Shown piece after piece: positions 48,174-55,822 of a stretch of 64,000 bases of DNA. The notes below the pieces were generated by a model, which was not told the DNA's origin, searched no databases, and was given only the letters and a program-made list of their open reading frames with translations. Position numbers and translations under genes: made by a program. Source of the DNA: Acidimicrobiales bacterium (GTDB lineage Bacteria > Actinomycetota > Acidimicrobiia > Acidimicrobiales > JAHWKP01); contig DATLBX010000056.1 of NCBI GenBank assembly GCA_035526705.1, positions 1,703 to 65,702 on the forward strand, read 5' to 3'. Within the stretch, counting starts at the first letter, position 1. Each line of letters opens with the position of its first letter.

Positions 48174-48913
48174 CCGGTACGCCGCTGGTCGTCATCGACC
48201 AGTTGCACAAGTGGTTCGGCGACGTTCACGCCCTCGATGGCGTCGACCTTTCGGTTGGGCGCGGAGAAGTCGTGGTGGTGCTGGGTCCGTCTGGGTCGGG
48301 CAAGTCGACGCTCTGCCGCTGCATCAACCGGCTCGAGCGACCCGATTCGGGCACGGTCAGCATCGACGGCGCCATCGTTCCGGAGGAGGGGAAGGCCCTG
48401 GCCCGGTTACGGGCGGACGTCGGCATGGTGTTCCAATCCTTCAACCTGTTCGCGCACAAGACGATCTTGCAGAACGTCACTCTCGGGCCGGTCAAGGTCC
48501 GCAAGATTCCGAGGGCTCAGGCGCGAGACAACGCGATGGCGCTGCTCGAACGGGTCGGAATCGCCGACAAGGCCGGCCGCTACCCCGCGGAGCTCTCTGG
48601 CGGGCAGCAGCAGCGCGCTGCGATCGCACGGGCCCTGGCCATGGATCCGAAAGTCATGTTGTTCGACGAGCCCACCTCGGCACTCGACCCGGAGATGATC
48701 AGCGAGGTCCTCGAAGTCATGCTCGAGCTGGCGGCCGAGGGTACGACGATGGTGGTAGTCAGCCACGAGATGGGATTCGCACGATCGGCCGCGCAACGCG
48801 TCGTCTTCATGGACCAAGGGCGCGTCGTCGAGGTCGCGCCTCCCGACGAGTTCTTCACCAACCCGGGCACGGACCGCGCCAGAGACTTCCTGGCCAAGGT
48901 CCTCGCCCACTGA
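48170..48913 (+). CDS. Polar amino-acid ABC transporter ATP-binding protein
   Basis: [35 protein letters not shown]. Its ATG overlaps the upstream stop (ATGA). Confidence 0.95.
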   Translation: MTGTPLVVIDQLHKWFGDVHALDGVDLSVGRGEVVVVLGPSGSGKSTLCRCINRLERPDSGTVSIDGAIVPEEGKALARLRADVGMVFQSFNLFAHKTILQNVTLGPVKVRKIPRAQARDNAMALLERVGIADKAGRYPAELSGGQQQRAAIARALAMDPKVMLFDEPTSALDPEMISEVLEVMLELAAEGTTMVVVSHEMGFARSAAQRVVFMDQGRVVEVAPPDEFFTNPGTDRARDFLAKVLAH

Positions 48914-48955
48914 CCCCCTAGTAACCAAGACCCCGAGTACAAGGAGAACAATCAA

Positions 48956-49930
48956 ATGAGACAACGAAGTTTGGCGGCGGGCCTGCTGATGGTCCTAGCC
49001 CTGGTCACCGGAGCCTGTGGGTCGGATGACCCCGCGGTCGACTCCGGTGACGACAGCAACAACACCACAACCACTGAAAGCCTCGCTCCGCCGAAGTTCG
49101 AGGCCGGCACCACCATGGCCACGCTCCAGGCGGAAGGAAAGCTGGTCGTAGGCACCAAGTTCGACCAGCCCGGGTTCGGACTGCGCAACCCGACCACCGG
49201 CGAAGTCGAGGGCTTCGACGTCGAGGTCGCGAAGATCATTGCCCAGAACATCTTCGGGGGCACCAAGGAGGAAGCGGCCCAGAAGATCGAGTTCAAAGAG
49301 TCCGTCTCGAAGAACCGTGAGCCGTTCATCCAGAACGGAGACGTCGACGTCGTCGTTGCGACTTACACCATCAACGACGCGCGCAAGCAGGTCGTGGACT
49401 TCGCGGGCCCGTACTTCGTTGCGGAGCAGGACATCATGGTCAAGGCCGACAACACCGAGATCAAGTCCGTCGACGACCTCAATGACCAGAAGGTCTGCAC
49501 CGTGAAGGGCTCGACCTCGGAGAAGAACCTGAAGGCCAAGGCCCCCGAGGCGGAGGTCACCCTCTTCGAGGGCTACTCGCAATGTGCAGAGGCACTAACC
49601 GACGGCCGGGTCACGGCGGTCACGACCGATAACACGATCCTGGCCGGATTGGTTCAAACCAGTGGTGGACAGTTCAAACTGCTGAAGGCTCCCTTCAGCG
49701 AGGAGCCCTACGGGATCGGCCTCAAGAAGGACGACACCGCGTTCCGCAACTTCATCAACGACGTACTCGAGGAGAGCTTCGAGAACGGTGAGTGGGAAGA
49801 GGCCTTCACCTCGACGCTCGGCGCCATCGGCCTCGAAACCCCGGAAGCCCCAGCGGTCGACCGCTACGGCCCGGGCGCGGTCAGCGGGTCCGGAGAGGCC
49901 GGCGAGAGCACTACCAGCACCAAGGCGTAG
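48956..49930 (+). CDS. Polar amino-acid ABC transporter substrate-binding lipoprotein (family 3)
   Basis: AAGGAG SD upstream, lipobox LVTGACGS, and SBP_bac_3-like body (VVATYTINDARKQVVDFAGPYF). Confidence 0.9.
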   Translation: MRQRSLAAGLLMVLALVTGACGSDDPAVDSGDDSNNTTTTESLAPPKFEAGTTMATLQAEGKLVVGTKFDQPGFGLRNPTTGEVEGFDVEVAKIIAQNIFGGTKEEAAQKIEFKESVSKNREPFIQNGDVDVVVATYTINDARKQVVDFAGPYFVAEQDIMVKADNTEIKSVDDLNDQKVCTVKGSTSEKNLKAKAPEAEVTLFEGYSQCAEALTDGRVTAVTTDNTILAGLVQTSGGQFKLLKAPFSEEPYGIGLKKDDTAFRNFINDVLEESFENGEWEEAFTSTLGAIGLETPEAPAVDRYGPGAVSGSGEAGESTTSTKA

Positions 49931-49953
49931 GCGGCTGAGCGAGTCCGTAGGGC

Positions 49954-49975
49954 GAGGGGGGCCCGAGCGGCCCTC
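49954..49975 (+). repeat. G/C hairpin related to the GGNGGGGGCC..CCCTTC family, between the binding-protein and permease genes
   Basis: GAGGGGGGCCCGAGCGGCCCTC, in the sense orientation, 24 nt after the binding-protein stop. Confidence 0.4.
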
Positions 49976-49987
49976 TGAGCGGACAAT

Positions 49988-50632
49988 TTGAACGTCGTCC
50001 TCGACAACCTCGGCCTTTACGCCGAGGGAATACGCACCACGGTCGTCCTCACCCTTGTCTCCTTCGCGGTGGCGCTGTTGGTGGGGACGGCCGTGGCCGC
50101 CGCCCGGGTGAGCCCCGTGCCCCCTCTTCGGGCGGCGGGAGCGCTTTGGGTGGAGGTCATTCGCAACACGCCGCTCGCGGTGCAGTTCGTCATCTTCTTC
50201 TTCGGCTTCACCAAGGTGGGGATCCAGTATCCCGCCTTCGCCTCGTCGATAATCGTGCTCGGCGCGTACACGAGCGCCTTCGTTGCCGAGACGCTTCGCT
50301 CGGGAATCAACTCGGTGGCCCCGGGACAGGCCGAGGCCGGCCGGGCCCTCGGGCTCCGCTTTTCGCAACTCCTCGGTGTTGTCGTCCTACCGCAGGCCTT
50401 CCGCACTGTGGCCGGCCCTCTGGGAAGCGTGTTCATCGCGTTGACGAAGAACTCGTCGCTCGCCTCCCTCATCTCCGTACTCGAGCTCACCGAGGTGGCC
50501 GACCGGCTCAACACCGCAACCGCTCTACCGATCCCCGTATTTGCCGGCGCGGCGATCGGCTACCTCCTGCTCACTCTTCCGTCCGGATGGGCAGTGGGAT
50601 ATATCGAACGCCGCGTCGCCATCCGCCGATGA
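49988..50632 (+). CDS. Amino-acid ABC transporter permease (His/Glu/Gln/Arg/opine family)
   Basis: 214 aa, TTG start, five TM segments, EAA-like loop (GQAEAGRALGLRFSQ). Confidence 0.9.
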   Translation: MNVVLDNLGLYAEGIRTTVVLTLVSFAVALLVGTAVAAARVSPVPPLRAAGALWVEVIRNTPLAVQFVIFFFGFTKVGIQYPAFASSIIVLGAYTSAFVAETLRSGINSVAPGQAEAGRALGLRFSQLLGVVVLPQAFRTVAGPLGSVFIALTKNSSLASLISVLELTEVADRLNTATALPIPVFAGAAIGYLLLTLPSGWAVGYIERRVAIRR

Positions 50633-51489
50633 GCGCGCCCGCACTGGTGGTGCTTGCCGACGAGCTCGGCCCGCGGGGCCGGAGAAAAGTCGCGATCGCT
50701 ACGGCTCTGTCCGTCCTGGCGCTCGGTTTCGTTGGCTTCGTGGCCGTAGGCCGGCTGCAGGCCACTGGCCAGCTCGACGCGGTGAGGTGGGAGCCACTCA
50801 CTCAGGCCGCGGTCCTCCGCTTCCTGCTGGCAGGGCTCCTCAACACCCTCAGGGCCGCAGCCACCGCTGCGGCACTCGCGCTGGCACTCGGTCTCGTCCT
50901 CGCCCTCGGCCGCCTGTCCCGCAACCCGATCACGCGCCACCTCTCCGGCGCGCAGGTCGAGTTCTTCCGAGCCGTTCCCCTGCTGTTGCTGATTCTCTTC
51001 GCCGGTTTCGGCCTACCTCTGTACGGCCTTCGTTGGGGGCCCTTCTGGTTCCTGGTCGCCGCCCTGACCGCGTACAACAGCGCAGTTCTGGCGGAGATCT
51101 TTCGCGCCGGCATTCTGTCGCTCGACCGAGGCCAGCGGGAGGCCGCCGAAGCAGTGGGCATGTCGTACTGGCAGTCGATGATGGTGGTGTTGGTGCCGCA
51201 GGCCGTGCGACGAATGGTTCCGTCGATCGTCGCGCAGCTCGTGACCCTGCTGAAGGACTCATCTTTGGGGTTCGTCGTCAATTACGACGAGCTGTTGCGT
51301 CGCAGCCGGTCGAGCGGCGAGTTCTTTCACAACCCCTTGCAGACACTGGCCGTCGTCGCCGTGATGTATATCGCGGTGAATTTCAGCCTCGGACGGGTAG
51401 CTGCGTGGCTGGAGTCGCGCCAGCGGCGTCGACCCCGTACCGCGGCCGAGGGGCTTCCGCCACCGACCCAGGTGGTCGACCCGATCTGA
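50629..51489 (+). CDS. Amino-acid ABC transporter permease
   Basis: ATG at 50629 overlaps the upstream stop (ATGA). EAA-like loop GQREAAEAVGMSYWQ. The upstream part of the 447-aa ORF is rejected. Confidence 0.9.
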   Translation: MSAPALVVLADELGPRGRRKVAIATALSVLALGFVGFVAVGRLQATGQLDAVRWEPLTQAAVLRFLLAGLLNTLRAAATAAALALALGLVLALGRLSRNPITRHLSGAQVEFFRAVPLLLLILFAGFGLPLYGLRWGPFWFLVAALTAYNSAVLAEIFRAGILSLDRGQREAAEAVGMSYWQSMMVVLVPQAVRRMVPSIVAQLVTLLKDSSLGFVVNYDELLRRSRSSGEFFHNPLQTLAVVAVMYIAVNFSLGRVAAWLESRQRRRPRTAAEGLPPPTQVVDPI

Positions 51490-51502
51490 GCAACCCATAG
51501 GT

Positions 51503-52342
51503 TTGTCTGTCGTGAGCGGATTGAAGTGGGGCCGGCGCTACCTGATGTGCCCTCCGATGCACTTCGGCGTGCTGTATGAGATCAACACCTGGATGCACAA
51601 GCAGGTGATGGTCGACCCGGATCTGGCCTATACGCAGTGGGAGACACTTGTAGCCACTCTGCGGCAGGCGGGCGCCGAGGTCGACGTTCAGCCCCCGGTG
51701 GACGGACTCCCCGATCTCGTCTTCACCGCGAATGCCGGACTGGTCGACGGGTCCCGGTTCATTCCCGCCCGTTTTCGGCACCCCGAACGGCAGGGTGAGA
51801 CGCCCCACGACATCTCATGGTTTGAAGCTGCGGGATCGGAGATCATCGAACTTCCGGAACTGGTGTCCCACGAAGGCGCGGGGGACGCGCTCCCCTTCGC
51901 CGGGAAGCTGATCTCCGGCTACCGCACGCGCTCCGACGCCGCGGCCCACGCGCACCTTTCGCTGATGATCGGCAGCCCGGTGCTCGCGGTCGAACTCGTG
52001 GACCCGCGCTTCTACCACCTCGACCTGACGTTCTGTCCGTTGGACGACCGCCGCGCCATCGTGAATCCGCTCGGCTGGGACGCCTACGGCAACAAGGTCA
52101 TCGAGGCGCTGGTTCCGGAGCCGCTGGTGCTCGAAGACGATGAGGCGTTGGGCTTCGTGGCGAACTCGGTCGTGGTGGGCAACACGATCGTGATGCCCTC
52201 ATGCTCGCCGCGGGTGGGCCGGCAGCTCGAGGCATGGGGCTTCGAGCCGGTCGTGATCGATGTCAGCGAGTTCCTCAAAGCGGGTGGCGCTTGCCGCTGC
52301 CTCACCCTGGCTCTCGACGTCAAGCTGTCGCCCAATGGATGA
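51503..52342 (+). CDS. Amidinotransferase / DDAH / arginine-dihydrolase family (guanidino-group modifying enzyme)
   Basis: N-terminal RRYLMCPPMHF, mid HEGAGDALP, and C-terminal catalytic-Cys motif GGACRCLTL. About 279 aa. The start is TTG 51503 or GTG 51512. Confidence 0.8.
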   Translation: MSVVSGLKWGRRYLMCPPMHFGVLYEINTWMHKQVMVDPDLAYTQWETLVATLRQAGAEVDVQPPVDGLPDLVFTANAGLVDGSRFIPARFRHPERQGETPHDISWFEAAGSEIIELPELVSHEGAGDALPFAGKLISGYRTRSDAAAHAHLSLMIGSPVLAVELVDPRFYHLDLTFCPLDDRRAIVNPLGWDAYGNKVIEALVPEPLVLEDDEALGFVANSVVVGNTIVMPSCSPRVGRQLEAWGFEPVVIDVSEFLKAGGACRCLTLALDVKLSPNG

Positions 52343-53087
52343 GGGCGCGCTGCGGGGGCTGCTGGACGACGTCCGATCCGGCGCGCTGACGGCCGACGAA
52401 GCCGTGGCATTTCTGCGCCGCATGCCATTCGCGGACCTCGGCTTCGCGAAGGTGGATCACCATCGACCCCTGCGCCAAGGCTTGCCCGAAGCGGTTTACG
52501 CCCCGGGCAAGACGGCGGAGCAGTGCGCCTTCATCGTCACCGAGCTTCTGGCGGAGCCGAACGGCGGGCCGGTGGTTCTCACCCGCGCCTCTGGTGAACA
52601 AGCAAACGCCGCGCTGGACGCCAACCCGGGCGGCACACGGGTCGACACGGGCGGCGGGCTGAGCTTCGTGTCCTGGCGTCATGCCGAGCCGAGACCGGTT
52701 CGGGTCGTCGTCATCACCGCGGGCACCGCCGACCTCCCCGTGGCAAATGAATGCGTGGCCACGCTCGAGTCCTTTGGCGTGAAGCCAGTCCTCAGTCCCG
52801 ACTGCGGCGTGGCCGGGGTACACCGACTCCTCACGACAGTCGACGAACTTCAGGAGGCCGACGTAGTCGTCGTAATCGCCGGCATGGAGGGTGCGCTTGC
52901 TTCCATGGTCGGGGGCCTCACCGGCGCGCCCGTCGTCGCCGTCCCGACATCGACGGGTTATGGGGCCGGACTGGAGGGAGTCACCGCGCTGCTGGCCATG
53001 CACGCCTCCTGTGCCAGCGGCCTGACCGTCGTGGGTATCGACAACGGCTACGGAGCAGCGTGCGCCGTAGCCCGAATACTTCGATGA
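52335..53087 (+). CDS. larB: Nickel-pincer cofactor biosynthesis protein LarB (PurE-like NaAD carboxylase/hydrolase)
   Basis: ATG at 52335 overlaps the upstream stop by 8 nt. PurE-like core VVVITAGTADLPVANE and AGMEGALASMVGG. Confidence 0.85.
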   Translation: MDEGALRGLLDDVRSGALTADEAVAFLRRMPFADLGFAKVDHHRPLRQGLPEAVYAPGKTAEQCAFIVTELLAEPNGGPVVLTRASGEQANAALDANPGGTRVDTGGGLSFVSWRHAEPRPVRVVVITAGTADLPVANECVATLESFGVKPVLSPDCGVAGVHRLLTTVDELQEADVVVVIAGMEGALASMVGGLTGAPVVAVPTSTGYGAGLEGVTALLAMHASCASGLTVVGIDNGYGAACAVARILR

Positions 53088-54283
53088 CGCTCCTCTGGTT
53101 CCATCCCTTCGCGGGAATCGCCGGTGACATGGCGCTGGGGGCGCTGATCGACGCGGGCGCGGACTGGGCCCAGGTCGAGCGCTTGCTCGACCGGCTGCCC
53201 GTCGGGGGTTGGGCGGTCGAGCTCTCGGCAACCGAGCGCGGGGATATCGGCGCGGTCAAAGTCGATGTGAGTACCCGAGGTCGCCAGATCGTCAGAACGC
53301 ACGCCCACATCGTCGGCATCATCGAGGAGGCGCGCCTCCCCGACCGCGTGCGCGATCGGTCCCTCGCGGTCTTCGCAGCCCTCGCGGCGGCCGAAGGTCG
53401 TATCCATCGGCGCCCGGAGTCGACGATTCATTTCCACGAAGTCGGCGGGATCGATGCCATCGTCGACATTGTCGGCACCTGCGCGGCGCTGGAGGTGCTC
53501 GGCGTCGACGAAGTGGCATCCGGCCCGGTGGCCGTAGGGATGGGAATGATCCGCAGCGGCCACGGGCTGCTCCCCAACCCGGCCCCCGCGGTCGCTGAAC
53601 TGCTGAAGGGAGCGCCGACGCACGGCCGCCAGATCGGCGTCGAGCTCACCACGCCTACCGGTGCCGCGCTCCTCGCGGCGCTGGTCGGGCCTGGCCGGTG
53701 GGGTCCCCTGCCGGCGATGATCATCGAGTCCACCGGCTTCGGCGCCGGGACGAGCGACCTCGGCGACCTCCCGAACGTCACCCAGGTGATCCTCGGCGCG
53801 GAGATAGCCGTGGCCGACGCCGCGGAGGGCGGACAGCCCGCTGCACTGATCGAAGCCAACCTCGACGACGCAACGGGCGAAACGCTGGCGTGGACGGTGG
53901 GAGCCCTCCTCGAAGCCGGGGCGCGCGACGCATGGGTCACTCCGGTCGTCGCGAAAAAGGGGCGGCCGGCGCACGTGGTCTCGGCCTTGGCGGACCTCGC
54001 GCTAACCAGCCAGGTCGCCGCGTGCCTCGCCGCGGAGACGGGGACGATCGGGCTGCGGATCAGTACGGTCGAGCGCCATCCCTCCCCCCGTCACACCGAG
54101 ACCGTCGACGTCGACGGAATGCCGGTTCGCGTCAAGGTCAGCCCCAACCGCGCCAAGGCGGAGCACGAGGACGCGGCGCGGGTCGCCCGCCTGACGCACC
54201 GGCCCCTGCGCCTGGTGACGGAGGAGGCGGAGCGCACGTGGCGGGACCGCGGCCCCGACCAGGGTCCCGAGGAGGGCTCCTGA
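53084..54283 (+). CDS. larC: Nickel insertion protein LarC (DUF111)
   Basis: ATG at 53084 overlaps the larB stop (ATGA). Motifs HPFAGIAGDM and HFHEVGGIDAIVD. It is a single unfused frame of about 399 aa. Confidence 0.85.
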   Translation: MTLLWFHPFAGIAGDMALGALIDAGADWAQVERLLDRLPVGGWAVELSATERGDIGAVKVDVSTRGRQIVRTHAHIVGIIEEARLPDRVRDRSLAVFAALAAAEGRIHRRPESTIHFHEVGGIDAIVDIVGTCAALEVLGVDEVASGPVAVGMGMIRSGHGLLPNPAPAVAELLKGAPTHGRQIGVELTTPTGAALLAALVGPGRWGPLPAMIIESTGFGAGTSDLGDLPNVTQVILGAEIAVADAAEGGQPAALIEANLDDATGETLAWTVGALLEAGARDAWVTPVVAKKGRPAHVVSALADLALTSQVAACLAAETGTIGLRISTVERHPSPRHTETVDVDGMPVRVKVSPNRAKAEHEDAARVARLTHRPLRLVTEEAERTWRDRGPDQGPEEGS

Positions 54284-54291
54284 GCGTCGAC

Positions 54292-55080
54292 GTGAAGCTC
54301 GACGTCTTACGGAACGAGCTACGACTGCTGGGACGCGTGGTGGTCGCCTGGAGTGGCGGCGTGGATTCGTCGCTGCTGGCTCGAGTCGCACACGACACGC
54401 TCGGGCCCGACCACGTGCTCGCGGCGACTGCGGTGTCGCCCTCGCTTCCCTCAGCGGAGCTCGACGAGTGCCGTGAGCTCGCCGACGAGTGGGGCCTCCG
54501 CTGGAAGGTCGTCGAGACCGACGAGATGGACCGTCCGGAATACCGAGCCAACGCGGCGGATAGGTGTGCGCACTGCAAGGAAGCACTTCTCGACGTCCTC
54601 GGCCCGCTGGCTACGGAGATCGACGCCGCCGTCGTTCTCGGGGTGATCGTCGACGACCTCAGCGACGACCGGCCGGGCCAGGCCGTTGCCTCCTCGCGCG
54701 GTGCGACATTCCCACTGGCCGATGCACGGCTTACCAAGGCCGACGTCCGACGTCTCTCGAAGGAGATGGGTCTACGCACTTGGGACAAGCCGGCGGCCGC
54801 CTGTCTCGCGTCGCGGATCCCGCACGGCACCGAGGTGACGGTGGCTCTGCTCGGAAGAGTCGAGCGCGCCGAGGCTGCTCTCCGCCGGCTTGGATTCGGC
54901 GCGCTCGGCCCGCTGCGGGTCCGTCATCAAGGCGCGGCCGCCCGAGTGGAGTTCGCCCCCGACGAGCTCGAACGTGCCACCGGCAATCCAGATGTTGTCG
55001 TCGATGCCATCCGCACCGCGACCGGCTATCGCGAAGTGGTCATCGACCCGCGCGGTTACCGCGTCAAAGGCGGCGTCTGA
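54292..55080 (+). CDS. larE: ATP-dependent sacrificial sulfur transferase LarE
   Basis: PP-loop WSGGVDSS and the conserved Cys region AAACLASRIP. The start is approximate (GTG 54292 or CTG 54280). Confidence 0.85.
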   Translation: MKLDVLRNELRLLGRVVVAWSGGVDSSLLARVAHDTLGPDHVLAATAVSPSLPSAELDECRELADEWGLRWKVVETDEMDRPEYRANAADRCAHCKEALLDVLGPLATEIDAAVVLGVIVDDLSDDRPGQAVASSRGATFPLADARLTKADVRRLSKEMGLRTWDKPAAACLASRIPHGTEVTVALLGRVERAEAALRRLGFGALGPLRVRHQGAAARVEFAPDELERATGNPDVVVDAIRTATGYREVVIDPRGYRVKGGV

Positions 55081-55174
55081 CCCCTTCGCTGTGGAGAACC
55101 TGTGGCTGGCAGTTGACAAGTGGTCGGATAACTAGACAACTCTGTGGATGTCCTCTGGATTTCCCCAGAAGGGG

Positions 55175-55203
55175 TTGACGCCTTTCGACGTGATCATCAT
55201 GAT
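55175..55203 (+). promoter_or_regulatory. Candidate sigma-70-type promoter with embedded 10-bp palindrome
   Basis: TTGACG (55175-80), a 17-nt spacer, then CATGAT (55198-203). The perfect palindrome CATCATGATG (55195-55204) overlaps the -10 element. Confidence 0.3.
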
Positions 55204-55204
55204 G

Positions 55205-55460
55205 CGTTCAGCAGGTCAGCAACGAGCGGTGCAGGAGCCACGAAGGAAGCGAACCCGCAAGGGAAGCGCACCGACGGCGGCGCCGGCCGAAGACGAGTTG
55301 ACCAGTCAGGGGTGGCCCCGAGGAGTCCGTGAGGCGCAAGCCGATCGGCTACTCGGGGCTACTTCGCGTTGTTGTTGTGTTGCTGGCTCGTCCGCCTTCG
55401 GGCTCCTCGCAATGCGGCGGGGACCCCAACCCCGCGGCCTGGCTGCGGCGGGGGGATAGA
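55205..55460 (+). ncRNA. Candidate structured RNA / long structured 5' leader (class not recognised)
   Basis: The spacer is non-coding-looking and lower in GC. Helix GGTGC..GCACC encloses CCC-GCAA-GGG. The 7-bp helix CCCCGAG..CTCGGGG encloses GGC-GCAA-GCC. There are also GCC-TTCG-GGC, GCGGGG..CCCCGC, and a possible closing helix CAGCAAC/GTTGCTG. Confidence 0.35.
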
Positions 55461-55465
55461 AACAG

Positions 55466-55822
55466 TTGATGGCGTCCGAGCAGGCCCCGGTGATCTCTCT
55501 GGAGACATGGGCTGGCCCATGGCTCGACGACGATCCGCATGCGAACTTCAAGGCCGAGGTCGCGTTGTGGTCGAAGGCTGACCCGATGGAAACGCTCGAG
55601 CCCTTCTCGGAAATGGTCGGGATACCGGTCGGGGCGGTGTGCCGTTCGGTCCTGGCCCGGTGGGCCGCCGAAGGCTCGGCCGGACGGCTGGAACTCGGCC
55701 CTTCCATGGTGGAGCGGCTGTGGGCCGTCTGCGAGGAAGCCGGCAGCGACTCCGAGAAGCAGCTGGCCGCCTTCGACCAGCTGCGGCAGATGCTGTCCTG
55801 GCTCCGGGCTCCCATCGAATGA
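55466..55822 (+). CDS. Hypothetical protein (about 117 aa)
   Basis: GC3-rich codon usage. Its stop overlaps the ATG of the downstream MBL gene (ATGA). The probable start is the ATG at 55469. I did not recognise any motif. Confidence 0.6.
   Translation: MMASEQAPVISLETWAGPWLDDDPHANFKAEVALWSKADPMETLEPFSEMVGIPVGAVCRSVLARWAAEGSAGRLELGPSMVERLWAVCEEAGSDSEKQLAAFDQLRQMLSWLRAPIE

Noticed and set aside
55113-55145. A second promoter, using the perfect TTGACA at 55113-55118
   Set aside because: No acceptable -10 hexamer lies at 16-18 nt spacing; the candidates are ACAACT and CAACTC. It is left unannotated.
55148-55459. The 103-aa ORF as a protein-coding gene
   Set aside because: Its third-position G/C is clearly lower than in neighbouring genes. 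The product is Arg/Cys/Gly-rich and low in complexity. It spans the helices described for the RNA candidate and has no convincing SD.
55171-55465. A tmRNA (ssrA). The stretch GGGGTTGACGCCTTTCGAC resembles the tmRNA 5' end (GGGGCUGA...UUCGAC). CAAGGGAAGCG and GGTGCAGG resemble mycobacterial tmRNA segments. The long ORF here ends ...GLAAAGG*.
   Set aside because: No T-arm (GGTTCGAnTCC) or matching 3' acceptor strand plus CCA region exists before or after. A GC3-rich, translationally coupled protein gene starts at 55466, which leaves under 300 nt. No reading frame gives a short tag ending in ..LAA followed by a stop. The region is kept only as an unclassified candidate RNA.
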